Notes: a model not told the origin generated them from the sequence alone. Positions 24,551 through 36,589 are shown, counted from the first letter of the whole stretch. The stretch: 63,764 nucleotides of DNA, filler included, from Octopus bimaculoides (GCF_001194135.2; 3 parts of 3 records of this genome joined end to end with filler, not necessarily neighbours in it); one strand, 5' to 3'. A program made the numbers and translations.

Positions 24551-25111
24551 TAAAAGAGTAATGTATAAAGTAACGATAAATAAATATCTTTACAACTTCA
24601 ATCACTGTTCTTCCATCTTGTATAACGGCAACCAACACCTTAACAACACTACAATTGGTGATCATGACGTTGCACCCATAACAGGCATCGATCACTGTTC
24701 ATCTTTCACTTCTTACAACATGTCGTAGCAATAAAACTTTGCCGTTACAATCGCTGAGCCCGAGTTAAAGAACTGCAGCCTTCGCCTTCACCTTCGCATG
24801 AACAGTTGTCACACCCATCGATTACATATATATTTATAAAGTTAGATAAGGCCGGTTTATGGGGTTACCCTGGATTTCATATCCATAAAGCATTTAGCTT
24901 TACGGCGTATCATCAGAAGGCCTCTCTAGAATACACACACATGCATGTACGTACGTATGTATGTACGTATGTATGTATTATCCTGTCAACTGTCTGACGG
25001 TCATGGGAAACTAACAGTTATATATATATATATATATATCATTATATATATATATATATATATATATNNNNNNNNNNNNNNNNNNNNNNNNNNNNNNNNN
25101 NNNNNNNNNNN

Positions 25112-25123
25112 TTAATTAATTAA
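25112..25123. other. Assembly linker TTAATTAATTAA inside an N gap (also at 54807-54818)
   Basis: Identical 12-mer flanked by Ns twice. It gives stop codons in all six frames. Confidence 0.8.
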
Positions 25124-25229
25124 NNNNNNNNNNNNNNNNNNNNNNNNNNNNNNNNNNNNNNNNNNNNACTGAACCTGGAACTATGTGTTTGGGAAGCAAG
25201 CTTCTTACTACACAGCCACTTCTTTGAAA

Positions 25230-26050
25230 TACTTGGAAAAAAAAAAAAACACTTCACCTCAACATAAATATCACCAAATTTTCAATGACCTCACTGTCAA
25301 AGTTTATTACTCTAGCTTAACAGATAATATCACCTTTATGAACTTAACCTACACTCTAAAAATAACAATAATTGAAGCAAAATAAAAATACATCTATTCA
25401 TTCTAATAATAATGTTATTAACAAGGATTGGAATTTTGCCCAGTATCACTGCAATAATATTGAGACAATTATATCTATATATCTATTGCTAATAACCATT
25501 CACTGACTGAACAAAATGATAATGAAACTAGTATGAATAATACTGCTATTATTAAAAGGATTAATTTTGAGTGCTTACACTTACCTAGTGAATCTTTGGT
25601 AACAATAGTACTACCACTAGGGTAGTGATATTTATAAGCATAAAATGTACACATCATTAGAATGAGATAACATGCATGATACATCTATCACAATTCTGCA
25701 TCCCTAACTACTACTCTTAGTAGCATTAATTTACATATATGTAATTGTAGAATAGCTAAGGCGTGTCCTGTTAATGGAAATTGACTAAGGCAAAATATAG
25801 TTTATAGATGTAAGGTCCTTATCCATAAAAATAGATAGTACAACATCATCTATTTTGAATATCTTCAAAAGTATGTTCTCAACACATAAACATTCATTCA
25901 TTAATTGTAAATTGATGCATTCAACTTCATTAGCAGAAACTCTTGGAATTTCAGATCAAGAAATATATTGATTTTATGACCAAATAAAGCATTAAAGACA
26001 CAGGTGATTGATGCCAAGGTCAATTGTGTACATATGAATTTATTAAAATA
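25230..26050 (+). mobile_element. Degenerate Penelope-like element: RT-to-GIY-YIG linker and endonuclease
   Basis: HQIFNDLTVKVYYSS (compare PLE KIFNRNTVKVSYSC), then CNCRIAKACPVNGN*LRQNIVYRCKV and STSLAE, which match the PLE CNCR..CP..G.CL...VY motif. Confidence 0.7.
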
Positions 26051-26196
26051 TCATTTGCGAATGATACTCTCTTAAACATGAAAAATGAATTCCTAATTAA
26101 TTATGATCATAAGATATTCAAAACTTGTAAGTTTTACTAGGTAACTACTAAGTATGATAATTAGGGAATCAAAATTAATATCCAGTGTATTATTAA

Positions 26197-26961
26197 CCCT
26201 TTAACATTCAAACTGGCCTTTTCTGATCAAAATACTGTTTTATATTGAAAGTGACCAGATCTGGCCTCTTACCTCAACCCTACAATGTCATTCTAAAACT
26301 AAAAAAATCACATCACTAAAACCTCTAAACTATAAGATGATGCATGTGTGGTAAGAAGCTTGCTTCCCAACCACATGATTCCGGGTTCAGTCCCACTGCG
26401 TGGCACTTTGGGCTAGTGTCTTCCAGGGTCAACCAAAGCTTTGTGAGTGGATTCGGTAGACAGAAACTGAAAGAAGCCCATCATATATATATATATATAT
26501 ATANNNNNNNNNNNNNNNNNNNNNNNNNNNNNNNNNNNNNNNNNNNNNNNNNNNNNNNNNNNNNNNNNNNNNNNNNNNNNNNNNNNNNNNNNNNNNNNNN
26601 NNNNNNNNNNNNNNNNNNNNNNNNNNNNNNNNNNNNNNNNNNNNNNNNNNNNNNNNNNNNNNNNNNNNNNNNNNNTGTACATATACATATATATATATTT
26701 ATGTATGTATTTGTGTGTTTGTGTTTGTCCCCCACCATCACTTGACATCTGATGTTGGTGTGTTTATGACCCCCCATAACTTAGCGGTTCGGCAAAAGAA
26801 ACTGATAGAATAAGTACTAGGCTTACAAAGAATAAGTCCTTGAGTCGATTTATTCGACTAAAGCCGGTGCTCCAGCATGGCCACAGTCAAATGACTGAAA
26901 CAAATAAAGAAATAGAAAAATAAAACATTACATTTGACAGGACAACGTGAATACTAAAGGG
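26197..26961. mobile_element. piggyBac-like MITE flanked by TTAA, with a SINE A inserted (26345-26910)
   Basis: TTAA|CCCTTTAACATTCA ... TGAATACTAAAGGG|TTAA. Confidence 0.7.
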
Positions 26962-27435
26962 TTAATCAAAATCTTTCAATTATACATCAATAAATATATT
27001 TTAAACTCTGATCATATTTACTCGTTATCCGTACAACTAAGCATTGGATTGCCTTCAGCTCTTCTCTTAGATGCTATGTCACAAAAGTACAAGTGGCTGA
27101 GAGCGAACGTACTCCACATGACTAACAGGGTGTACTTTTATCTTTTGATTGGTCTCAAGTATCCAACCAGCCAATTGTTTGTGCATTGCTGTCATAATAG
27201 TATTATGCACATGAAATGATACATGTTTACTCATGAGGATTGCCAGGCCCTGCACTGTGTGTGTATGTATATACACATGTATAGACCCGTGTTAGTGTAT
27301 ATGCATGCTTGTGTGCACATGTGTCTTTGTAAGTGTACATTTACAAGACTCTATTTCTGTGTATGTATGTTCATGAATGAAGATGTATACACATATGCAC
27401 AAAAGTATTTACATGCACACATATACACACATATG

Positions 27436-27468
<33 letters not shown>

Positions 27469-27857
27469 TTATATACATATATATATATTATATATACATA
27501 TGTATATATAATATATATGTATACACATACATATGTATATATAATATATATGTATACACATACATATGTATATATATGTATATATAATATATATGTATAC
27601 ACATACATATGTATATATTTGTATATATATATATTAATATATATGAGGTATATATGTATTTGTGTATTTTATAAGTAATATATACATATCAAGCTGTAGA
27701 AACTCTGCCAGATCAGATTGGAGCCTGGTGCAGCCTTCTGGTTCACCAGTCCTCAGTCAAATCGTCCAACCCATGCTAGCATGGAAGGCGGATGTTAAAC
27801 GATGATGATATATATATATGTATTATCTGTAAATATAATATTTGACAATTATTCGGT

Positions 27858-27929
27858 AGCCATGATAAAACTCCAAGTTTCGGATGTCGGGGCAGAAACC
27901 CACACCAGCATCCCTTCAGTTATCCGGCC
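27858..27929 (-). ncRNA. Type I hammerhead fold, left arm (core CTGAAGG, probably decayed)
   Basis: Mirror of the right arm: core at 27919-27913, GAAA at 27881-27878, GUU cut after 27869. Confidence 0.45.
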
Positions 27930-27955
27930 ATCACAAAAATGCCATTTTTTTCGAT

Positions 27956-28028
27956 GGCCTGATAACCGAAGAGATGGCGGCGTAGGTTTCCGCCCCTGAC
28001 ATCCGAAACTCGGAGTTTTATCATGGCT
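27956..28028 (+). ncRNA. Type I hammerhead fold (U4C), right arm
   Basis: Helix I GATAA/TTATC, extendable. CCGAAGA at 27966-27972. Helix II GATG../CATC plus one extra C. GAAA at 28005-28008. Helix III CT-cgg-AG. GUU triplet, cut after 28017. Confidence 0.6.
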
Positions 28029-29062
28029 ACCGAATAATTGTCACATATTACATTTACAGATAAATTCCTCTATTTACATAATATCGACGTCTCTTTCATT
28101 CTTTTGTTGTCTTACCATTTCTATCAATATATTACTCTTTTACTCTTTTACTTGTTTCAGTCTTTTGACTGCGGCCATGCTGGAGCACCGCCTTTAGTCG
28201 AAGAAATCGACCCCAGGACTTATTCTTTGGAAGCCTAGTACTTATTCTATCGGTCTCTTTTGCCGAACCACTAAGTTACGGGGACATAAACACACCAGCA
28301 TCGGTTGTCAAGCGATGTTGGGGGGACAAACACNNNNNNNNNNNNNNNNNNNNNNNNNNNNNNNNNNNNNNNNNNNNNNNNNNNNNNNNNNNNNNNNNNN
28401 NNNNNNNNNNNNNNNNNNNNNNNNNNNNNNNNNNNNNNNNNNNNNNNNNNNNNNNNNNNNNNNNNNNNNNNNNNNNNNNNNNNNNNNNNNNNNNNNNNNN
28501 NNNNNNNNNNNNNNNNNNNNNNNNNNNNNNNNNNNNNNNNNNNNNNNNNNNNNNNNNNNNNNNNNNNNNNNNNNNNNNNNNNNNNNNNNNNNNNNNNNNN
28601 NNNNNNNNNNNNNNNNNNNNNNNNNNNNNNNNNNNNNNNNNNNNNNNNNNNNNNNNNNNNNNNNNNNNNNNNNNNNNNNNNNNNNNNNNNNNNNNNNNNN
28701 NNNNNNNNNNNNNNNNNNNNNNNNNNNNNNNNNNNNNNNNNNNNNNNNNNNNNNNNNNNNNNNNNNNNNNNNNNNNNNNNNNNNNNNNNNNNNNNNNNNN
28801 NNNNNNNNNNNNNNNNNNNNNNNNNNNNNNNNNNNNNNNNNNNNNNNNNNNNNNNNNNNNNNNNNNNNNNNNNNNNNNNNNNNNNNNNNNNNNNNNNNNN
28901 NNNNNNNNNNNNNNNNNNNNNNNNNNNNNNNNNNNNNNNNNNNNNNNNNNNNNNNNNNNNNNNNNNNNNNNNNNNNNNNNNNNNNNNNNNNNNNNNNNNN
29001 NNNNNNNNNNNNNNNNNNNNNNNNNNNNNNNNNNNNNNNNNNNNNNNNNNNNNNNNNNNNNN

Positions 29063-29096
<34 letters not shown>

Positions 29097-29214
29097 GTGC
29101 CTATATCAATGTACGTATATAAATGTATATATAAATATGTTTATGATTGTGTGTATATATCATCATACACACACTCGCACACAAGTATATATATATGTAT
29201 GTATGTAGATATGC

Positions 29215-29247
<33 letters not shown>

Positions 29248-29439
29248 TCAACATACATACATACATTTGTGTAATGTAATTATACAGTATATCTAATTAT
29301 AGAGTTACATAGGCACATATATACATGGTGTGTTGTGTATATGTGTGTGTGTGTGTATACACACACACACACACACATGTATTCATACATGCACACTCAT
29401 AGTATATTGTTTTATAATAGTATATTACATACATATACA

Positions 29440-29955
29440 TACATAATACGCACACACACGCATATATACATATAGTATATTATATATACATCATCATCAT
29501 ATTATATAAATAATATAACATGTATAATATAATTTGTATATAATATAATGTATATAAAATATATATATAATACATATATATGTATATATAATATATATAT
29601 TATATATATATGCATATATAATATATATATATATATGTATATATAATATATATTATATATATATAAATTACATATATATATCATATATATATTATATTAT
29701 ATATACATACATATATATATAAATATTTATATATATTATATATATATTATATTATATATACATACATATATATATAAATATATATCTATTATATATATTA
29801 TATATATATTATATTATATATACATACATATATATACATATAAATATATGTTATATTTATATTATATATGCATACATATATATATAAATATATATATAAT
29901 AAATATATATATAATAAATATATATATATTACATATATATTATATATACATACAT

Positions 29956-29986
<31 letters not shown>

Positions 29987-30210
29987 ATAAATATATATAT
30001 ATTTATTATATATATTATATTATATATACATACATATATATGAATATATATATATTTATATTATATATATTTATCATATATATTATATATACATATATAA
30101 TATAATTATATATACATAATATATACATATATAATATAATTATATATACATAATATATACATATATAATATAATTATACATACATATATATATAATCCTC
30201 ATATATATAA
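29440..30210. repeat. Long degenerate (TA)n low-complexity tract
   Basis: Almost exclusively A/T with occasional C. Confidence 0.95.
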
Positions 30211-30559
30211 AAAGGAAAAAGAGAGATTAAGGGGATTTTATATGGGTGAGTGGGTGTGGAAATGTGGTGGGGGTTGGTATAATTTATAGCAGACTGTTGG
30301 GAGAGAGTTATCAAGTTGAACAAAGAATACACACAATATTGAAGAAGTTGCTAATATAAAACCAGGCTGCTACATTGTGGAAACATGTCACTGCCTGAAC
30401 AATGACCTTGGAAAGATGGATCATTCTTTCTGTGAAAGCTTTCATCTGAACTTGTTCCTCATTATAACAAGCTTCATTCACTTGACTCATTTTTTTCTTC
30501 CTGCTGGTATTTTTACCTTCTTCAATTTCTTCTTCATTACCTTTTTTCGTTTTTGTTTT

Positions 30560-31135
30560 TTCCTTTTCTTTTTTATATGTTTATTTTGATTAATTTGTTT
30601 CATTCTGCTAGTTTTTTCTTTCCTATTTCTTCCTCCCTTCTTCTTCTTCTTCTTCCTCCTCCCTTTTCTTTCACCTTCCTTTTCTTCCTTTTCTTCTTCT
30701 TCTTCCCTCTCCCTTTTCTTTCACCTTCCTCCTCCACTTCTTTTTCTTCTTCTTCTTCTTCCCTCTCCCTTTTCTTCTGCCTTCCTCAGCCTCTTCTTTT
30801 TCTTCTTCTTCTTCTTCTTCTTCCCTATCCCTTTTCTTTCACCTTCCTTCTCCTCCTTTTCTTCTTTTTCTTCTTCTTCTCTCCTTTTTCTTTCACCTTC
30901 CTTCTCCTTTTCTTCTTTTTCTTTTTTTCTTCCCTCCTCCTTTTCTTATCTTCCTCCTACCCTCCCCTCCTCTTTTTCATTCTTCTTCTTCCCTCTCCCT
31001 TTTCTTCTTTTTCCCTTGCCTATTTCTCTCATCTTCCTCCTCCCCTCCTCTTCTTCATTCTTCTTTTCCTCCTCCTCCTTCCCCTTCTTATTCCCCCTCC
31101 CTTTTCTCTCATCTTCCCCTCCTCCTCCTCCTTTA
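30560..31135. repeat. Polypyrimidine/polypurine tract of about 580 bp with (CTT)n and recurring cccttttctttcaccttcct units
   Basis: Direct reading. Confidence 0.95.
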
Positions 31136-31639
31136 AGGGACACTCTGCTGTTTATTTTCCAGTAGTTTCCTGTTAGTACATGATGTATTTTTGTTCTTTT
31201 TTTCCATCTTGATTTCAGTGATATTAAAGTAATTTTCTCATCAATTATGCATATATGTCAGTATAAATGTTAATATATGTATCAGTGAACATGTGTCTCC
31301 ATAACAAACAAAAGATTTCTATGACAATGTTGGTACATGTGATGTTTGTGTGCTTTTTCTCCCCCCCCCCCACCTTTCCAGTTATTTTTTTTGCTTTTCC
31401 AAATATTTGATTAATATAAAGAAAAGAAAATTTTTAGCTACCAGATATTGGTGTTATTGCTGAGTTTTACACTTACATAGGTATCACAGAATACTTATAT
31501 GAGTATGCACGTATATGTGTGTGTGTGTTGAATATATGTATGTATGTATGTGTATATATAATAATATAAACAATATATAAATATATGCGTATATCCATAC
31601 ATATATGTACATAATTACCTATGTGTGTATATATATATG

Positions 31640-32030
31640 TATATATACTCTTTTATTTGTTTCAGTCATTTGATTGTGGCCATGCTGGAGCACCACCTTT
31701 TTGTAAAACAAATCAACCCCAGGACTTATTCTTTGTAAGTCTAGTACTTATTCTATCAGACTTTTTTGCCGAACTGCTAAGTTATGGGGACGTAAACACA
31801 CCAGCATCAGTTGTCAAGCAATGTTGGGGGATGGGGGACAAAAAGACACACAAGTACACACACACATATATGACGGGCTTCTTTCAGTTTCCGTCTACCA
31901 AATCCACTCACAAGGCTCTGATCGGCCTGAGGCTATAGTAGAAGACACTTACCCAAGTTGCCATGCAGCGGAACTGAACCCGGAACCATATGGTTGGTAA
32001 GCAGGCTAGTTACCACACAGCCACTCCTAT
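31640..32030 (-). mobile_element. SINE A copy
   Basis: Reverse complement of the family A consensus. Confidence 0.85.
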
Positions 32031-32180
32031 ATATATGTGCTGAAAAAAGAACAAAGAAGAAACAGTACTTGTAGTGGAGCTTCATTCCAGCAGTAAACAT
32101 CCATGTAAATAATTATCGCTCTCACGTCTTACTACAACTCTCCTCTTATAGATGTAATAATCCATTCCTCTACTATTACC

Positions 32181-32229
32181 GTCTCCGATGAAGGGATACA
32201 TTGGATTTTCCCTGAAACAGCTGTAAGAC
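32181..32229 (+). ncRNA. Minimal type I hammerhead ribozyme fold (U4C), PLE-type
   Basis: Helix I GTCT/AGAC. CCGATGA at 32185-32191. Helix II AGGGA/TCCCT. GAAA at 32214-32217. C-AGCT-G. GUA triplet, cut after 32225. Confidence 0.75.
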
Positions 32230-32428
32230 TTTATCCATAAAATATTTCTAACTTTGCCATTGGTCTCTTTATCCTTTTCTCTCTTTATACATATACACGC
32301 TAATACACGACTTATGTTATATTCCCCACTCATGTTTATACAACGAAAGGGGCAAAACTAGCTGGTATACAGCACTTACTCGGTATTACCTGTATCTTTG
32401 GGTATGGTTGAATCTAATACTCTTCATA

Positions 32429-32449
<21 letters not shown>

Positions 32450-32463
<14 letters not shown>

Positions 32464-32640
32464 GAGAATTCACAAAAAAACAAAAGACGAAGACGGTTGG
32501 TGTAGACAACAAATGGATGTATTAGTTTAACACTCAGGAAGTGAAAAATCTTTAAGGTTTCGAGCCTGTGCTCTTCCACAGAAAGGAACACGGAAAGAAA
32601 CAAGGAGAGAAAATAAAGAATATGTAGTGCCTAGTGATCT
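32450..32640 (-). mobile_element. PLE-type tail repeat, family F
   Basis: Reverse complement: ttcctttctgtggaagagcacaggctcgaaaccttaaag...ctaatacatc. Confidence 0.65.
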
Positions 32641-32661
32641 ATCATGATATATAAATATATC

Positions 32662-33590
32662 TATCATTATCATCATCATCATCATTCCCTCTATCCATGC
32701 TGGCATGGGTTGGATGGTTTGACTGGGGTCTGGCAAGCCAGGAGGCTGCACCAGGCTCCAATCTGATTTGGCAATGTTTCTACAGCTGAATGCCCTTCCT
32801 AACGCCAACCACTCCAAGAGTGTAGTGGATGCTTTTTACATTCCTCTGGCATAGGAGCCAGTCAAGGTGAGGAGGCTGGCATCAGCCATGTTCAAATGGT
32901 GCTTTTTACATGCCACTAGCACAGAGAGCTAGTCAAACAGCACTGGCAACAACCATCACATGAATGGTGCTTATTGTGTGCCACCAGCTTGGGAGCCAAT
33001 CAGGCGGTCCTGACATCAGCCACAACTACAATTTCCATTTGATTGTGGTTTGATTTAATTTTGGTTTTGATGTACTTCACTCAGTAGGTCTCCTAAAGCA
33101 TGATATGTCGCTCGACGATCCAAAGGTACTTCTTTTAAGTGGGCTGGTTATGCAACACTGTGATCTCACTTTACTTGCTGGGTCTTCTCAGTCACAGCAT
33201 ATCTCCAGAGGTCTCAGTCTTTTGTCATTGCCCTTGTGAGGCCCAACGTCCGAAGGTCATGCTTAACCACTTTGTCCCACATCTTCTTGGGTCTCCCTCT
33301 ACCACATGTTCCTTCCACTGTTTGGGAGTGACACTTCTTCACACAGCTCTCCTCATCCATCCGTAGTGCATGACCATACCAGCACAGTTGTCTCTGTTGC
33401 ATGCTGGCATGGGTTGGACGGTTTGACTGGGGTCTGGCAAGCCAGGTGACTGCACCAGACTCCAATATGTTCTGGCAGTGTTTCTACAGCTGGATGCCCT
33501 TCCTAATGCAAAACACTCCAAGAGTGTAGTTGGTGCTTTTTGCATACCACCGGCATGGGAGCCAGTCAGGCGGCCAGTCAGGCGGCCAGT
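32662..33590 (-). mobile_element. RTE 3' end(s): RT C-terminus, 3' UTR and tail, with a second 3' UTR fragment
   Basis: QLCWYGHALRMDEESCVKKCHSQTVEGTCGRGRPKKMWDKVVKHDLRTLGL. Confidence 0.85.
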
Positions 33591-33609
33591 CAGTATATGT
33601 ATATATATA

Positions 33610-34025
33610 CATACATATTCTTTTATTTGTTTCAGTCATTTGACTGCAGCCATGCTGGAGCACCGTCTTTAGTTGAACAAATCGGCCCCAGGACTTTTTT
33701 CTTGTAAGCCTAGTACTTATTCTATCAATCTCTTTTGCCAAACCACTAAATCATAGGGTCGTAAGCACACCAACGTAAGTTGTCAAGCAATGGTGGGGTG
33801 GGTGGGACAAACACAGACACACAAACATACACACACACACACACACACACACATATAAACGACGGGCTTCTTTCAGTTTATGTCTACCAAATCCACTCTC
33901 ATGGCTTTGGTTGGCCAAGGCCGTATTAGAAGACACTAGCCCAAGGAGCCATGCAATGGGACTGAACCCAGAACCATGTGGTTGGGAAGCAAGCTACTTA
34001 CCACACAACCACTCCTGCGCCTATC
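33610..34025 (-). mobile_element. SINE A copy
   Basis: Reverse complement of the family A consensus. Confidence 0.8.
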
Positions 34026-34079
34026 CACATATATATTATTATTAATATCATTATCATCATCAATTTTATTATTATTATT

Positions 34080-34376
34080 ATTATTGATTTGACTCACGGT
34101 TGTTCTTATTCCTTGTAGAATTTATGTAGGTAGTGGGTTACTGCCTGTAATCTTAGATATCCACAATTTTTCAATAGTCTTTCAAGTGCTTAAGACCCTC
34201 CTGATAATTTTTCTTGTCCCTAAGAGACAAACTTTCTCTAGAAGCTCCACAGGACATTCCATTCCAATCTCCATTCATCCATATCTTCATTTACATTTCC
34301 CAGTGGATCAATTATTACAGACACAACCTTTGCGGTTTTCATACTCCTAATTCTTTCAATTTCAAATTATTATTAC

Positions 34377-34390
<14 letters not shown>
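34080..34390 (-). mobile_element. R4/Dong-like non-LTR element 3' end remnant
   Basis: Degenerate LEKVCLLG..KIIRRVLST, the equivalent of the QK.VL.GTA.ILRK.L ending seen at 62430-62490. Confidence 0.55.
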
Positions 34391-34413
<23 letters not shown>

Positions 34414-34554
34414 TGAAGCTGTTTGGTTTGGCCCAATGTAACTTTAAAGCTTTGTAGATTTCTTACAGAAACCTAGCTTATCAATCTCAATTATATATGT
34501 ATAGGTAGATATATCTACTCTCTCTCTCTCATACACACATGCACATACTTTCCC

Positions 34555-34624
<70 letters not shown>

Positions 34625-34719
34625 TATATAATATTTATGTGTGTGTGTGTATATGCATAGATAGGTAGATAGATACATACATACATACATACATACATAT
34701 CTATGTATATATGATAGAT

Positions 34720-34890
34720 TGCTAGCCACTAAACCTTTTTTATTTACTTTCCCTGTTTATTTCTGCGTTCCTTTCTGTCGAAGACCGTAAGCTCGAAATG
34801 TAAAAGACTTTCTCACTTCCTGATTGTTAAACTAATACATCTGTTTATTGTTTACACACCTGTCTTTGTCTTTTGTATATTCTGATGAAC
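34720..34890 (+). mobile_element. PLE-type tail repeat, family F
   Basis: ttcctttctgtcgaagaccgtaagctcgaaatgtaaaagactttctc...ctaatacatctg. Confidence 0.65.
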
Positions 34891-36589
34891 TACATTTACC
34901 AACATTATGATGGATCTCTGAACCCACCAAAACTGCTGTTGAACTTACAACACCTTTCGTCATCCTCATTAATTTTCTCTGTCATTTGTACTCAGTGTGA
35001 GCTGAACTTATTAGTATAAATATCTATATATTTATACTTAAGTATTCATCGTCTGAAAGTTTCCACCTATTGCTTTCTCTCATTTTGAATGGATACATAT
35101 ATACGTATTTTATACTTCATACCCAAATTGTTATATTTAATATATCTAATTTGTTTATCCACGTAATTGCCTCTATATCTGCTCAAATGAATCCCTCTTA
35201 TAGCCATTCTTTACCCTGAGGAATTGATCCCCTGTAAAGACATCAGAATCTAAGTTTGAATCTTTTGAGCACTACTACTAAGTCTCTTCTATACTGAGAA
35301 TCTCTGGATCTCATTTGTAGACTCTGTGTGTGTGTCTATTTATATAAATGCCATCAAAGTTTCAATTTAGCTTTGAGAAACTTCAGTGAGCATTATAAAA
35401 AGCTAGTGAATTGAATTGCATGCAATTTGATTATGAATATTTTAAAATAGGTGGGAGTGTAATGTAGAACCTTGAACAAGGTTAAATCAAAAGGGAAAAC
35501 ATACAGACTCAAAATAAAAAGGAAAACAAAATGATATTCACATTTTTTCAGTTTGTGTGTGTGTGTGCACATTTTCCTTTTTGACTTCAGCCAGCATGAG
35601 ATTTTATAATTAAAAAAGAACAACCCACATTTTAAAATATTTATATTCAAATTGTCTGAGGTTCAGTTCACCAGCTTTTTGTAATGTTTAACCAAGCTAT
35701 TTGATGAGAAGCTTTTGGCTTACATAGTCACACACCAACCAATGCGATTGGCCAGACCATCTTCATGTCCATGTTTAAATTTCTTTTAGAAATATAGTTA
35801 AGTTGAGGTTCTAAGCTAGAATACTGAGTGAGACAGTTTTGAATTCTAGTAAAACCTTTTAGGCTTCATTCATAAATTTTATGCCAGAATCTTTTGTCAG
35901 GTTGCATGCCAAACACTGGTTTAATAATGACACAGTTATTTTAATAAATTGCTCTAAATTCTTAATTATTTCTAAATATTTAATGAACATGACTATGCTT
36001 CAAAAAATTTTCTAAATTTATTAAAACACAGTTACTGTCACTCTTTAAAATTGAGGTCATTGATTGTTGAAAGAGGCAGCTACAGATTCACGTCTCATTT
36101 AATGACATATGCTCTACATTAAAATTAAACAAGGACTTACATTTAAAAAAAGTCTAACACATGATTATCTTTTCTGTACATTGTATTTTCCTCTCTGAGA
36201 TTCCAGATATTTATGAACATGGATTTACTCTTATACATTATACTTAATCACTTCCATAATCCTTTTCTGTTTCAATCTCACCTGTTCTTCATTTGTATTA
36301 GTATATTCAGGTTGCTATGAAAAGCCTTTATACATAAATGCCTTTATATTAATATATAAAAACCTTTACATATAAAGGCTGGATTCTATTGTTTAAGTGC
36401 ATGTACATGCTTTTACATAAATCACATGGCATGCATATCTTAAGATGCTGGTTGTATGCATCTATATTCATACACATACGCACACACAATATATATATAT
36501 ATATATATATATATGTATAGTATAAACATAGATGAGTGTATATGTGGGAGAGGAATGAATAATTCTGTTTACCCATTTATACCTACGTC

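Larger units (their letters stand above)
27823..28063. repeat. Inverted repeat of about 240 bp made of two opposite-strand copies of a hammerhead-bearing PLE-type terminus
   Basis: Arms of about 110 bp separated by a spacer of about 20 nt. Arm differences are enriched in CG>CA changes. Confidence 0.85.

Noticed and set aside
25584-25615. 32-nt minus-strand micro-exon candidate (ccctag|...CTAG|gtaagt)
   Set aside because: It lies inside the plus-strand Penelope remnant and is likely a pseudo-exon.
30553-31176. 207-aa F/L/S/P-rich ORF
   Set aside because: Translation of the polypyrimidine tract.
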